DNA of 64,000 nt from Deferribacterales bacterium (GTDB lineage: Bacteria > Chrysiogenota > Deferribacteres > Deferribacterales > Geovibrionaceae), in the NCBI GenBank assembly GCA_050253075.1, contig JBFWJS010000001.1, positions 320,001 through 384,000 on the forward strand, in the 5' to 3' direction. Below the pieces are notes generated by a model. The model ran no database searches. It was not told where the DNA came from and saw nothing but the letters and a program-made list of their open reading frames with translations. This document shows, in pieces, positions 40,446 to 50,461 of the stretch; position 1 is the first letter of the stretch; each line of letters opens with the position of its first letter. The position numbers and the translations under genes are program-made.

Positions 40446-41702
40446 TTATATCTTAGTTTTGAATGTGTACGGGTATTCGGTGTGGTCTTTGTATGTGCCG
40501 TTCAGAATGGCAACAACATCCTCCACGAAAACGAGCTCTTCGTTTGTAGGGATCACGAAAACCTTAACCTTTGAGTCCGGTGTGGATATCTCTGTCTCTC
40601 CGTGTTTGGAGAATGTCGCAAGGTTTTTATCCCTGTCGACCTTGATACCCATATGCTCGAGCCCTTCGACAGCCAGCTGGCGTATAGCCCCTGCGTTTTC
40701 ACCAACTCCCGCCGTGAAGACTATCGCATCCAGCCTTCCGAGGACAGCATAGTAAGAGCCGATGTATTTACGCAGTCGGTATGACTCCACCTCTATGGCG
40801 AGGGAGCATCTGTGTTTGTATTCGTCATCCTCACACATAAGAACGTCACGTCTGTCTGTGTATCGTCCCGTAATGCCGAGGATTCCTGATTTTTTATTAA
40901 GGATATTGTCCATTGTCTTTGCATCAACATCAAGCTGCTGCTGCATGAAGAGAGGAACCGCAGGGTCGATGTCGCCGCATCTTGTTCCCATCATAGCACC
41001 TTCGAGAGGTGTGAGACCCATTGATGTATCGACGGACACTCCGCCCTTTATAGCCGTGTGGGAAACACCGTTACCTATGTGCATCGTAATGATGTTGCAG
41101 TCCTTCGCATCTTTGCCGAGCATAGCCGCAGCACGCTTTGAAACGTACAGGTGGCTTGTGCCGTGGAAGCCGTAGCGTCTCACGCCGAATTCCTCATACC
41201 ACTCGTATGGCACGGGATACATATAAGCGTGGGCGGGCATTGTCTGATGGAAAGCAGTGTCGAATATCGCAACATGGGGAACATTCGGCATAACTTTCTG
41301 AGCAGCTCTGATACCTGCGAGGTTTGGCGGGTTATGCAGAGGCGCAAGGTGCTGAACATCCTCGATAGTCTTTATAACTTCCGGTGTGAGCAGTACGGAG
41401 CTGGCGAACTTGTCACCGCCGTGTACCACACGGTGTCCTACGGCGGATATGCGGTCCATCGTGTCGATGACCTTATATTCGCCTGATGTGAGTGTACGCA
41501 CGATGAGGCTTACAGCCGTGGAGTGGTCGTGACACTCGTATTCTTCTCTGTGTGTATCTTTGCCGTCTGCCTCGTGCACTATGAATGAGTCACCGATACC
41601 GATCCTCTCCACAACGCCTTTGGCGATAACTTTTTTATTTTCCCAATCGTAAAGCTGGTATTTTACTGATGAACTTCCGCAGTTCAGAGCCAGTATATCC
41701 AC
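40446..41702 (-). CDS. ackA: Acetate kinase
   Basis: NCGSSSVKY, GHRVVHGG, APLHNP, YGFHGTSH, FTAGVGEN, PTNEE. Confidence 0.96.
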   Translation of the reverse strand: MDILALNCGSSSVKYQLYDWENKKVIAKGVVERIGIGDSFIVHEADGKDTHREEYECHDHSTAVSLIVRTLTSGEYKVIDTMDRISAVGHRVVHGGDKFASSVLLTPEVIKTIEDVQHLAPLHNPPNLAGIRAAQKVMPNVPHVAIFDTAFHQTMPAHAYMYPVPYEWYEEFGVRRYGFHGTSHLYVSKRAAAMLGKDAKDCNIITMHIGNGVSHTAIKGGVSVDTSMGLTPLEGAMMGTRCGDIDPAVPLFMQQQLDVDAKTMDNILNKKSGILGITGRYTDRRDVLMCEDDEYKHRCSLAIEVESYRLRKYIGSYYAVLGRLDAIVFTAGVGENAGAIRQLAVEGLEHMGIKVDRDKNLATFSKHGETEISTPDSKVKVFVIPTNEELVFVEDVVAILNGTYKDHTEYPYTFKTKI

Positions 41703-41711
41703 AAGTCCCTC

Positions 41712-42701
41712 CTAATCAGCCTGCACAGCCGTTATAGCTGCCACATTGACTATATCCATGTATTTGCAACCTCTGGAGAGGTCGTTAACAGGTTTTGCAA
41801 GCCCCTGAATAACAGGACCGATGGCTTCTGCGCCTGCGAGTCTTTCGACAAGTTTGTATCCGATGTTTCCTGCGTCGAGAGTAGGAAAAACTAGTACGTT
41901 CGCCTTTCCTGCGACATCACTGCCGGGAGCTTTCTTTGCGCCGACAGCCTCGAGGAGTGCTGCATCTGCCTGAAGCTCGCCGTCGATAGCGAGGTCAGGA
42001 GCGAGCTCCTTCGCAACTTTAAGTGCCTCACGAACCTTTGTAACATCGTCGTGCTCGGCAGAGCCCTTTGTAGAGAATGAAAGCATAGCAACCTTCGGCT
42101 CGACCTCGAGGAAAGATTTGCAGCTAGCGGCTGTCGCCACTGCTATCTCGCCCAGTGTCTTTGCGTCTGGATTAGGGTTTACGGCGCAGTCGGCAAATAC
42201 GACGGCTCCGTCCTCTCCGAACTCCTTCTTAGGGAGCACCATGATGAAGCAGCTGGACACGGTTTTCATCCCCGGCTTTGTACCGATGATGCGGATGGCA
42301 GCTCTGAGCACGTCGCCTGTGGTATGGCAGGCACCCGTAACGGCTCCGTCGGCTATCCCTTTCTGCACCAGCATAGAGCCGAAATAGAGCACGTCTTTCA
42401 TGCTCTCTGCGGCCTCTTCCATAGTGAGTCCTTTTGATTTTCTGCTTTCGTAATATGTATTTGTAAAATCTTCAAGGTATGCGCTCTTAGCGGGTTCGAT
42501 GATCTCGCACCTCACCTCATACCCTTTGGATTCAAACGCTTTTCTGATATCGGCCTCATTACCGAGGAGTATAATTTTGCATAGACCGTTCTCGGCAATT
42601 GCGTTCGCCGCATCGATCGTTCTTTCATCTTCACCCTCGGGAAGGACGATTGTTTTGTTTCTGGATTTCGCTATAGTCCAGAATTTATCCATAAGAGACA
42701 T
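41712..42701 (-). CDS. pta: Phosphate acetyltransferase
   Basis: [46 protein letters not shown]; start at MSLMDK after GGAGG. Confidence 0.95.
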   Translation of the reverse strand: MSLMDKFWTIAKSRNKTIVLPEGEDERTIDAANAIAENGLCKIILLGNEADIRKAFESKGYEVRCEIIEPAKSAYLEDFTNTYYESRKSKGLTMEEAAESMKDVLYFGSMLVQKGIADGAVTGACHTTGDVLRAAIRIIGTKPGMKTVSSCFIMVLPKKEFGEDGAVVFADCAVNPNPDAKTLGEIAVATAASCKSFLEVEPKVAMLSFSTKGSAEHDDVTKVREALKVAKELAPDLAIDGELQADAALLEAVGAKKAPGSDVAGKANVLVFPTLDAGNIGYKLVERLAGAEAIGPVIQGLAKPVNDLSRGCKYMDIVNVAAITAVQAD

Positions 42702-42974
42702 AGGATACCTCCGATATATATGTCGTCTGTATGTTTTACATTCAATCATTAAAAAACTCAATGGAAAAATAATTTTATTCTATTAGGACGACTTCCTCTT
42801 TTCTTCCTATTATGAAATATTAACAAACTAATAAACCAGTGTTGTGAAAATTGTAAAAAGGTTTCATAAACCTTTCTAAAACAACTTTATAATAGCGATA
42901 TAAAAGTTTAATAGTTTCACTCACTTAGAAACATCGTTGCCAGAAATCATTTTTAGATATAAAATGTCTTTTAT

Positions 42975-44348
42975 ATGGGGACTTTAATTTTCAAACACTC
43001 AACAGACATTCGGTCAGATGTGCACACGGCTTTTTCGTGGCATGAAAAAGAAGGTGCTCTTCAGAGGCTCACCCCCCCGTGGGAAAAGGCGGAGCTGGTG
43101 GAGAAGTCTGAAGGGATCGACGTCGGCGCCAAATGCACGCTGAATGTTGGTGCGGGCTTCCTGACCCTGCGCTGGCAGGCGGAGCACATCGAGTATGAAA
43201 AAGACCGCCATTTCAAAGACAGACAAAACAAGGGGCCTTTCAGCCTGTGGGAGCACTCCCACGATTTTTATGCGAATGATGGAATAACGACTATAGAAGA
43301 CACGGTTGAATATCGTCTTCCGTTACATTTTATATCGAAATATATCGCAGGTTCAATGATAAAAAAGAAACTGACGAAAATGTTCAGATACAGGTCGTCA
43401 GTATCGAAAAATGATATAGAGACAATTGCATGCTATAAACCCGAGCCGAAGACCATAGTGGTGTCAGGCTCCAGCGGGGTCGTGGGCTCTGCCCTGATAC
43501 CATATCTGCAGACACAGGGGCACAAGATCATCCGTCTGGTGCGCAATGAGAAACAGCTCTGCATCGGAGACGTATGCTGGAACCCGAACGCAGGCATTGT
43601 CGAGGCTCAGTTCGAGCATGCGGATGTGGTGATACACCTGACGGGCGAGCCGATAGGCGACACCAGATGGACAGAAGAAAAGAAGCTGTCCATCATAGAC
43701 AGCCGTGTGAAAAGCACAAGCCTCCTAGCAAAAACAATCGCCAGCATGAAAAACCCGCCGAAGCTCCTGATATGCGCATCCGCCATAGGGTATTACGGCG
43801 ACAGAGGCGCAGAGGAGCTCACAGAGGAATCATCCGCAGGCAAAGAGTTTATATCCGACGTGTGCAGCAGATGGGAAGAATCGGCAAAACAGGCAGAGGA
43901 AGCAGGCGTCAGGGTCGTTTACCTCCGCATAGGCGTGGCACTCTCCCCTTCGGGCGGAGCACTGGAGCGCACATATAAGCCAGCATCACTCGGGCTTGGT
44001 ACCGTGCTCGGCAGCGGAGAACAATACCTCAGCTGGGTTGCTATGGACGACGTGCTCTACTCCATGACACACATAATGGAGACAGAATCTATTAAAGGAG
44101 CGGTAAACCTCACCGCACCGAATCCCGTAAAATGGAAAGAATATGCGGATACTTTATCCGCTGTTATGCATAGACCGAGGTTCCTCAGAGTGCCTGCATG
44201 GCTTATCAAGGCCGTATACGGGCAGATGGGGGACGAAGTTCTCCTCGCCAGCGCAAGGGTATATCCGAAAAAGCTGCTTGAAAGCGGATTCACATTCAGA
44301 TACCCTTTATTAGATGATGCTTTAAAGCACCTGCTGGGGAGACAGTAA
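42975..44348 (+). CDS. TIGR01777 (YfcH-like) NAD-dependent epimerase with N-terminal SRPBCC domain
   Basis: RLTPPW...F.D.Q.KGPF..W.H.H (SRPBCC); GSSGVVG, SRVKST, ASAIGYYG, RIG, P.KL...GF.F. Confidence 0.88.
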   Translation: MGTLIFKHSTDIRSDVHTAFSWHEKEGALQRLTPPWEKAELVEKSEGIDVGAKCTLNVGAGFLTLRWQAEHIEYEKDRHFKDRQNKGPFSLWEHSHDFYANDGITTIEDTVEYRLPLHFISKYIAGSMIKKKLTKMFRYRSSVSKNDIETIACYKPEPKTIVVSGSSGVVGSALIPYLQTQGHKIIRLVRNEKQLCIGDVCWNPNAGIVEAQFEHADVVIHLTGEPIGDTRWTEEKKLSIIDSRVKSTSLLAKTIASMKNPPKLLICASAIGYYGDRGAEELTEESSAGKEFISDVCSRWEESAKQAEEAGVRVVYLRIGVALSPSGGALERTYKPASLGLGTVLGSGEQYLSWVAMDDVLYSMTHIMETESIKGAVNLTAPNPVKWKEYADTLSAVMHRPRFLRVPAWLIKAVYGQMGDEVLLASARVYPKKLLESGFTFRYPLLDDALKHLLGRQ

Positions 44349-45445
44349 TGAGTATTGCATTAAGAATTACATTTATGCTGACGATGACGATAGCCCTCGC
44401 CTTCGGCTTTATGCATCATTTCATAGAAGGATACAATTTCGAAAGGCTTCACATATTCCTCTTCAACCTCTGCTCAGGCGGAACTATCATTCTCTACTTC
44501 ACAATGGATAAAGGACGGATGACAAAGAGGCTTTATGCATTTTTCATATTGTCCTTTGCCTATGCATTTCTCGCTTTTTTCGAGCATTACGGATACGCCA
44601 TAGCCATATCACTGATACTCTTCGGCATAGTGGAATCCGTGCGTAACAGTAAGTTTAAATTCTTTCCTTCAGACTTTTTCACAAGGAAAGTGCCCACAGC
44701 GCAGAAGTTCCACCATGCGTCGCTGCTTTGCCTTTCCATAGGGCTTCTGATATCAATAACTGCTATTATCAATCAGGAATATTACACCTTCATACATTCG
44801 GAAAAGCTAACGCTGAACACATTCTTCCTAGGGTTTTCATTCCCTGTTTCGCTCATATCCCTCAGCGTAATGTTCTCCACCATGCACAAGGCACCGTCGA
44901 ACCTTTTCAGAAATATTAAGGTCATCAGCTTCTGGACGATCACTCTCGGGGTTATTATATTCTTCGTCTTTATACTTTTCGAAGCGATATATCTTGAGCT
45001 GGCGATATCACTTATACTATTTGTCGCAGTATCATGCGTGCTGTACCTCTATATAAAGCTGGGCATAAAAGAACAGCAGAAATCATACCTCACATCGGGC
45101 ATCGTCTTTCTGCTTATGACATCTGTTTCGGGTGTTATATACATTCTCATATATGCCTATGGGTATACCGATCCGTTATATAAAGACCTGACGATCCTCT
45201 ATCACAGGACGCTGGCTCTGTACGGCTGGAACATAAGCGGGCTAGCCGTTATATGCAGATTTAAGGATTTCCCTATCATGCTGCACTCCGGTCCTGCCAT
45301 AGTACTCCATTGGTTAATAGTTTCGATACTTGCTCCTGTGGCGTATTTTAATGCTGCATTTGTTATCCCCACCATAGGGGCTTATTTATTATTTCTTTTT
45401 GCCGTATTCTTTTCTAAAGGGAATTACAGAATAAGAGAGTTTTGA
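44348..45445 (+). CDS. Uncharacterised polytopic membrane protein
   Basis: About 10-11 hydrophobic segments with several His; TAATG coupling to the upstream gene. Confidence 0.75.
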   Translation: MSIALRITFMLTMTIALAFGFMHHFIEGYNFERLHIFLFNLCSGGTIILYFTMDKGRMTKRLYAFFILSFAYAFLAFFEHYGYAIAISLILFGIVESVRNSKFKFFPSDFFTRKVPTAQKFHHASLLCLSIGLLISITAIINQEYYTFIHSEKLTLNTFFLGFSFPVSLISLSVMFSTMHKAPSNLFRNIKVISFWTITLGVIIFFVFILFEAIYLELAISLILFVAVSCVLYLYIKLGIKEQQKSYLTSGIVFLLMTSVSGVIYILIYAYGYTDPLYKDLTILYHRTLALYGWNISGLAVICRFKDFPIMLHSGPAIVLHWLIVSILAPVAYFNAAFVIPTIGAYLLFLFAVFFSKGNYRIREF

Positions 45446-45446
45446 T

Positions 45447-46553
45447 ATGAAGCGGAACGGACTTGTTTTTTTAATTGTTTTTTTAATGCTCGGGGTATTC
45501 TCATATGCATCTGCTGATGAAGAGACGGAATACTTCACCATAGACCATTTCTACAGTGATAATCCGCATCAGGAAGAGCTGGCAGAAGCATTCGCATCGA
45601 AGGTAACATCTCAGCCTGAACGCATAAAAATGCGCCAGACCAACAGCATAAAAATAGCCGTCATCTATCCTGCTATACAGCAGTCAAACTATTGGCGTGA
45701 CAGTGTGCGCTCTATGGACATGCGTATGGACGAGCTGGGCATCAGACACGAAACAGTAAAATACTTCAGCAGACCGTCGGGGGACTACCGGCTCCAGACC
45801 ATGCAGATATCCGAAGCATCCAAAAGCGATGCGGACTACATAGTACTCTCAGTGGATAATGCGAATGTGCGCAGGCTTGTGCCTTCGCTGGTTTCCAAAA
45901 GCAAAGCAAAGATAATGATACAGAACCTGACCACGCCGCTGAAAGAATGGAAACAGCACCAGCCTTTTATGTATGTGGGGTTTGACCACATAGAAGGCTC
46001 GAAACTTCTGGCTGATAAATACAGCGAGGTATTCCCCTCGGGCGGTAAATACGTCCTGCTATACGGAGCAAAAGGGGCGGTGAGCGACCAGCGGGGGGGA
46101 GGCTTCGAAAGCTACGCTCTCTCCAAAGGTTTTGTCGCCGTGTCAAAATACTATACGGATTTCAAAGCTGACAGCGCATATGAAGCAGCGAAATCTGCTC
46201 TGGAAAAAAATGAAGACATATCATTCATATATGCCTGCTCCACTGACATAGCCATAGGCGCATCGAAAGCCGTGAATGAAGCAGGGCTGACGGGCAAAGT
46301 GCTTGTAAACGGATGGGGCGGAACGATAAACGAGCTGAATCTGCTTAAGGAGAAGCTCCTTGATTTCACCGTTATGCGGATGAACGACGACAACGGCGTT
46401 GCCATAGCCGAAGCGGTAAAGATGGACATCTCAGGACAAAGCAAGAACATACCTCTGATATTCAGCGGAGAGTTCGTCATAGCGACAAAAGACATGTCTC
46501 AGAAAGAACTTAATAAACTGACCGAGAGGGCACTGCGATATTCCGGAAAATGA
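45447..46553 (+). CDS. luxP: Autoinducer-2-binding periplasmic protein LuxP homologue
   Basis: Signal peptide; IYP..QQSNYW, QNLTTP, YVGFDH..GS..LA, SDQRG, YACSTDIAIGA, NGWGG, TVMRMNDDNGVAIAEAVK match Vibrio LuxP motifs. Confidence 0.88.
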   Translation: MKRNGLVFLIVFLMLGVFSYASADEETEYFTIDHFYSDNPHQEELAEAFASKVTSQPERIKMRQTNSIKIAVIYPAIQQSNYWRDSVRSMDMRMDELGIRHETVKYFSRPSGDYRLQTMQISEASKSDADYIVLSVDNANVRRLVPSLVSKSKAKIMIQNLTTPLKEWKQHQPFMYVGFDHIEGSKLLADKYSEVFPSGGKYVLLYGAKGAVSDQRGGGFESYALSKGFVAVSKYYTDFKADSAYEAAKSALEKNEDISFIYACSTDIAIGASKAVNEAGLTGKVLVNGWGGTINELNLLKEKLLDFTVMRMNDDNGVAIAEAVKMDISGQSKNIPLIFSGEFVIATKDMSQKELNKLTERALRYSGK

Positions 46554-49500
46554 AAAAGACTAACGGTCTTAGGATATACACATTCTTTATACTATCCATC
46601 ATAATGATGGCCGTGCTGCTGACCATACCCATGCACCTTATGAGCAGCAAATTCATTAAAAATGCCATGATGGAGAAATCTGTCGAGATCACAAAGATAA
46701 ACAACAACATCGCAAAGATGATACTGGAGCAGAAGGCGGACATCCTGCATAGCATCATACACGACATGGAGTTCCTCTTTTCATCTAAGCTGAGCAGCTA
46801 CATCGAAGGCGATATCGCCAAATTCGAAAGTGAGATAACAAAGCTGTATGACGATTCATTCGCTGAAGATGTGGATGTATTCTTCTTTCAGTCAGTAGAC
46901 GGCAAATACATATTCGACGCCAGCACTCCATTTTATGACACCAGCATGATACGAAACTATATGATGGCCAACGGACGCTTCCTGCGTAAAGGGATACGCA
47001 CCATACAGTCCGAGTCCGCAGACGGCACACTCATAGCGCTCACAGGCTCGTCTGAGGCTGTTTATGAAAAGACCGGAGAGCTTGCCGGATATTTCTACAC
47101 CGGCGTAATACTAAACAACGCATCTAACCTCATTAACTCGATAATGCAGTATACGAACCTCTCCGAGGCGGCAATTGTCTTCGGCGACAGCATCGTCGCA
47201 GGCAATACCGAAGGCATGAACAACAACATAATCAAAACATGCTATAACACAAACACTGCCATACTCAGCGGAAACTCTGTGACATACTGCTCAGACCTGC
47301 ATCTGCCGAACGACAGCATCACGCTGAAGTTCTATCAGAGCCTGCCGGACACCTTCCTGCAGAACATAGCTTCCCAAAACAGAAAGATGGGATACACGGC
47401 CATAGCCATTGTGCTGGTGGTGACACTGCTGTCGGGATACGCCATAAACGTGATAACAGTGCGCACACTTTACCGCCTGGTGGACTATACGCATCTCATG
47501 CTTTCGGGCAAACCGGCGACGTATAACTACACCATCATATCCGAATTCAACATGCTGGCAGACCAGATATCAACAGTCAGCAGCAACCTGTCTGAAACTC
47601 AGGCATACATGAAAAACCTGATAAACAACGCAGCAGCGCCCATCGCCGTATGGGATAAGAACGGAAATATCACCCTGTTCAACAAAGCGCTGGAGCACCT
47701 CTCAGGTTTTGCAGGTGAATCTGTACTGGGTAAACACCTCAGCCATATCTACAGCATTTTTCCACAGGCGACAGTATCTGTGGATAACGACAAAAAAGAA
47801 GACACCTATTCGACACAGTTTGAATCGGCGATAACACATAAAACATCGGGCGAGATAAACTTCATCCTGTGGAACATCACAGACGTATACAGCAAAGGCG
47901 ACTATTACGGAACGATCCTGCAGGGGATAAACATAACCGAAACCAAAAAAGCAGAGGAAAAAATGCTTCTCGCATCAAAGGTTGTGGAAAACACCCTCGA
48001 CGGTATACTCATAGTAAATCCCGAAGGGGAGATAATATCCTGCAATGCATCATTCTGTAATATGACCGGATATACCGAAGACGAAACCATAGGGAAGCAC
48101 GTGAGCATGCTGCGTCCTGATAATTTCAGCCCGTCATTTTATAAAAAACTATGGGAAGACCTCTTTAAATACGGAAAATGGAGCGGTGAATACCCCGTCA
48201 GACAAAAGAACGGCAAGAATGTGGATTCCATCATGACTGTCTCCAGCATACGAAACAGCGCAGGGGACATAACAGACTTTATATCTGTGTTCCACGACAT
48301 AACCGAACGTAAAAAGCACGAGAAAGAGATAAAATATCAGGCAACCCACGACAACCTCACAGGGCTGCCGAACAGGCTATTTTTCGCAGAGGAAACAGCG
48401 AAATACATAGACGGATTCGACCCTATCGATGGCGGTCTGTCTGTACTGTTCCTCGATCTGGACAGGTTCAAAACTCTGAACGACACCCTCGGACACACCA
48501 CAGGGGACAAGGTTCTGCAGATAGTATCCGAAAGGATAAAGAACATCATATGCGATGAAGCAGTTGCCGCAAGATTCAGCGGAGACGAATTCACCGTCAT
48601 GTTTACCAATGTGAAAGACAGGGACGATGCATTCAACAGAGCAAAAAGCATCGTGGCAAAGATATCCGAACCGGTATCCGTACAGGGCTATGAGCTCTTT
48701 ATACAGTGCAGTGCGGGGCTTTGCTTTTATCCTGAAAACGGCAAGACGGCATCCGAGCTGATAAAGAACGCAGAGATAGCCATGTATCAGGCGAAACTGC
48801 AGGGGCGGAATAACATTCAGCTCTTCACAGGCGGGCTGGACGAATCCCTGAAAGACAGACTAATACTAGAATCAAAGCTGAACAGAGCCATAGAAAACAA
48901 CAAACTATCGCTCTATTACCAGCCGAAGATAGACCTTTCGAACGACACAGTGATGGGTATGGAAGCACTGATAAGGTGGAATAACCCCGACCTCGGATTT
49001 GTTCCGCCGGATAAATTTATCCCCATTGCCGAAGAGAACGGTCTCATACTCCCCATAGGCGACTGGGTGATAAACAGAGCGCTCGAGGATACGGCAAGAC
49101 TGCACAGAGAGGGCTTCGGCAATCTGAAAGTAGCGGTGAACCTCAGCCTCAGACAGTTCATGAAGAAGGATATAGTACAGCACATCCGTGAAGCTATAAA
49201 GGCATCGGGTATAGAGAATTTCAGCTTCGAGTTTGAGATAACTGAGAACATCTTCACAGAGGATCTCTCCACCATCACAAAGGTGATGAACGAGATAAGC
49301 AGCCTCAATGTAAAATTTGCCATAGACGACTTCGGCACGGGATACAGCTCCATCGGCTATCTGAAAAAGATGCCTATCAGCACCCTGAAAATAGACCGAA
49401 GCTACATCAACAGCATAGACACAGACCCTGACAATGAGTCCATCGTCTCGTCTGTTATCCTTATGTCCAAGAGCCTCGGGTTGAACATAGTGGCAGAAGG

Positions 49501-49639
49501 AGCAGAGACAGAGGAGCAGGTTCAGATACTGAAAGAGATGGGGTGCAACATAGTACAGGGTTACTATTACGGCAGGCCTATGCCTTATGACGAGTTCCTT
49601 GAATTTGTCAGAAAATGGGAAGAATCCCCCTTGTCATAA
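46550..49639 (+). CDS. Membrane GGDEF-EAL protein with LuxQ-like periplasmic domain and two PAS domains
   Basis: TM-periplasm-TM; PAS x2; HDNLTGLPNR, DLDRFKTLND, SGDEF; YQP, MEALIRW, DDFGTGYSS, LKIDRS, VAEGAE, QGY. Confidence 0.9.
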   Translation: MKKTNGLRIYTFFILSIIMMAVLLTIPMHLMSSKFIKNAMMEKSVEITKINNNIAKMILEQKADILHSIIHDMEFLFSSKLSSYIEGDIAKFESEITKLYDDSFAEDVDVFFFQSVDGKYIFDASTPFYDTSMIRNYMMANGRFLRKGIRTIQSESADGTLIALTGSSEAVYEKTGELAGYFYTGVILNNASNLINSIMQYTNLSEAAIVFGDSIVAGNTEGMNNNIIKTCYNTNTAILSGNSVTYCSDLHLPNDSITLKFYQSLPDTFLQNIASQNRKMGYTAIAIVLVVTLLSGYAINVITVRTLYRLVDYTHLMLSGKPATYNYTIISEFNMLADQISTVSSNLSETQAYMKNLINNAAAPIAVWDKNGNITLFNKALEHLSGFAGESVLGKHLSHIYSIFPQATVSVDNDKKEDTYSTQFESAITHKTSGEINFILWNITDVYSKGDYYGTILQGINITETKKAEEKMLLASKVVENTLDGILIVNPEGEIISCNASFCNMTGYTEDETIGKHVSMLRPDNFSPSFYKKLWEDLFKYGKWSGEYPVRQKNGKNVDSIMTVSSIRNSAGDITDFISVFHDITERKKHEKEIKYQATHDNLTGLPNRLFFAEETAKYIDGFDPIDGGLSVLFLDLDRFKTLNDTLGHTTGDKVLQIVSERIKNIICDEAVAARFSGDEFTVMFTNVKDRDDAFNRAKSIVAKISEPVSVQGYELFIQCSAGLCFYPENGKTASELIKNAEIAMYQAKLQGRNNIQLFTGGLDESLKDRLILESKLNRAIENNKLSLYYQPKIDLSNDTVMGMEALIRWNNPDLGFVPPDKFIPIAEENGLILPIGDWVINRALEDTARLHREGFGNLKVAVNLSLRQFMKKDIVQHIREAIKASGIENFSFEFEITENIFTEDLSTITKVMNEISSLNVKFAIDDFGTGYSSIGYLKKMPISTLKIDRSYINSIDTDPDNESIVSSVILMSKSLGLNIVAEGAETEEQVQILKEMGCNIVQGYYYGRPMPYDEFLEFVRKWEESPLS

Positions 49640-49690
49640 ATAGTTATAAGAGCTATCATCACACCTGAAATTCATTCAGAGGTTACCGAC

Positions 49691-50461
49691 TTGGCTATTG
49701 GCATTTTCGACTCGGGCGTTGGCGGGCTCACCGTTTACAAAGCAATCAGCGAAAACTTTCCGAAACTGGATATTCACTACCTCGGCGATACTGCACGTGT
49801 GCCTTACGGCAGCAGATCACCCGAAACTGTCATAACATACAGCCTGCAGTGTGCAGAATTCCTCGTGAAGAACTTTCAGATAGACACCATCATCGTAGCC
49901 TGCAACACGGCGTCTTCATACGCAATAGATAAGATAAAAGAAAAATTCGGCGTGAATGTCATCGGCGTTGTGGAACCCGGCGCACTCAGCGCAGTGAAAA
50001 TGACAGACAGCGGAAAGATAGGCGTGATAGGCACCAGAGCCACAGTGCGCAGTGAGTCATACGTAAAAGCGATAAAAGCACTGGCACCTGATACAGAAAT
50101 AGTACAGGAGGCGTGCCCGCTATTCGTGCCTATAGTGGAAGAGATGCTGATAGATACAGATATAGCAGATCAGGTGGTGAAACACTATCTGGAAGAGCTG
50201 ATATCAAAAGGTCCCGACACCCTCATCCTCGGGTGCACACACTACCCTCTTCTTAAAAAAGTGATATTGAAGCATTATCCCGATATCAGGATAGTAGACT
50301 CATCCGAAGCAATCATAAACTGCATAAACGAACTGCATCTGGACACTAACCAGAGCGGAAAGAGAGACATTTATCTCACCGATGAATCCCCCGCTTTCGA
50401 AACACTGAGAAACTTGCTAACAGGCGGCATCCCCGCCAAAAAAGCAGTGCTGAACCCCTAA
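49691..50461 (+). CDS. murI: Glutamate racemase
   Basis: FDSGVGGLTV, DTARVPYG, ACNTAS, LGCTHYP; TTG start after GAGG. Confidence 0.95.
   Translation: MAIGIFDSGVGGLTVYKAISENFPKLDIHYLGDTARVPYGSRSPETVITYSLQCAEFLVKNFQIDTIIVACNTASSYAIDKIKEKFGVNVIGVVEPGALSAVKMTDSGKIGVIGTRATVRSESYVKAIKALAPDTEIVQEACPLFVPIVEEMLIDTDIADQVVKHYLEELISKGPDTLILGCTHYPLLKKVILKHYPDIRIVDSSEAIINCINELHLDTNQSGKRDIYLTDESPAFETLRNLLTGGIPAKKAVLNP

Noticed and set aside
42805..42862. Rex-like boxes upstream of pta (TTATGAAATATTAACAA, TTGTGAAAATTGTAAAA)
   Set aside because: Spacing and symmetry deviate from TTGTGAA-N4-TTCACAA, and the region is AT-rich, so a chance match is likely
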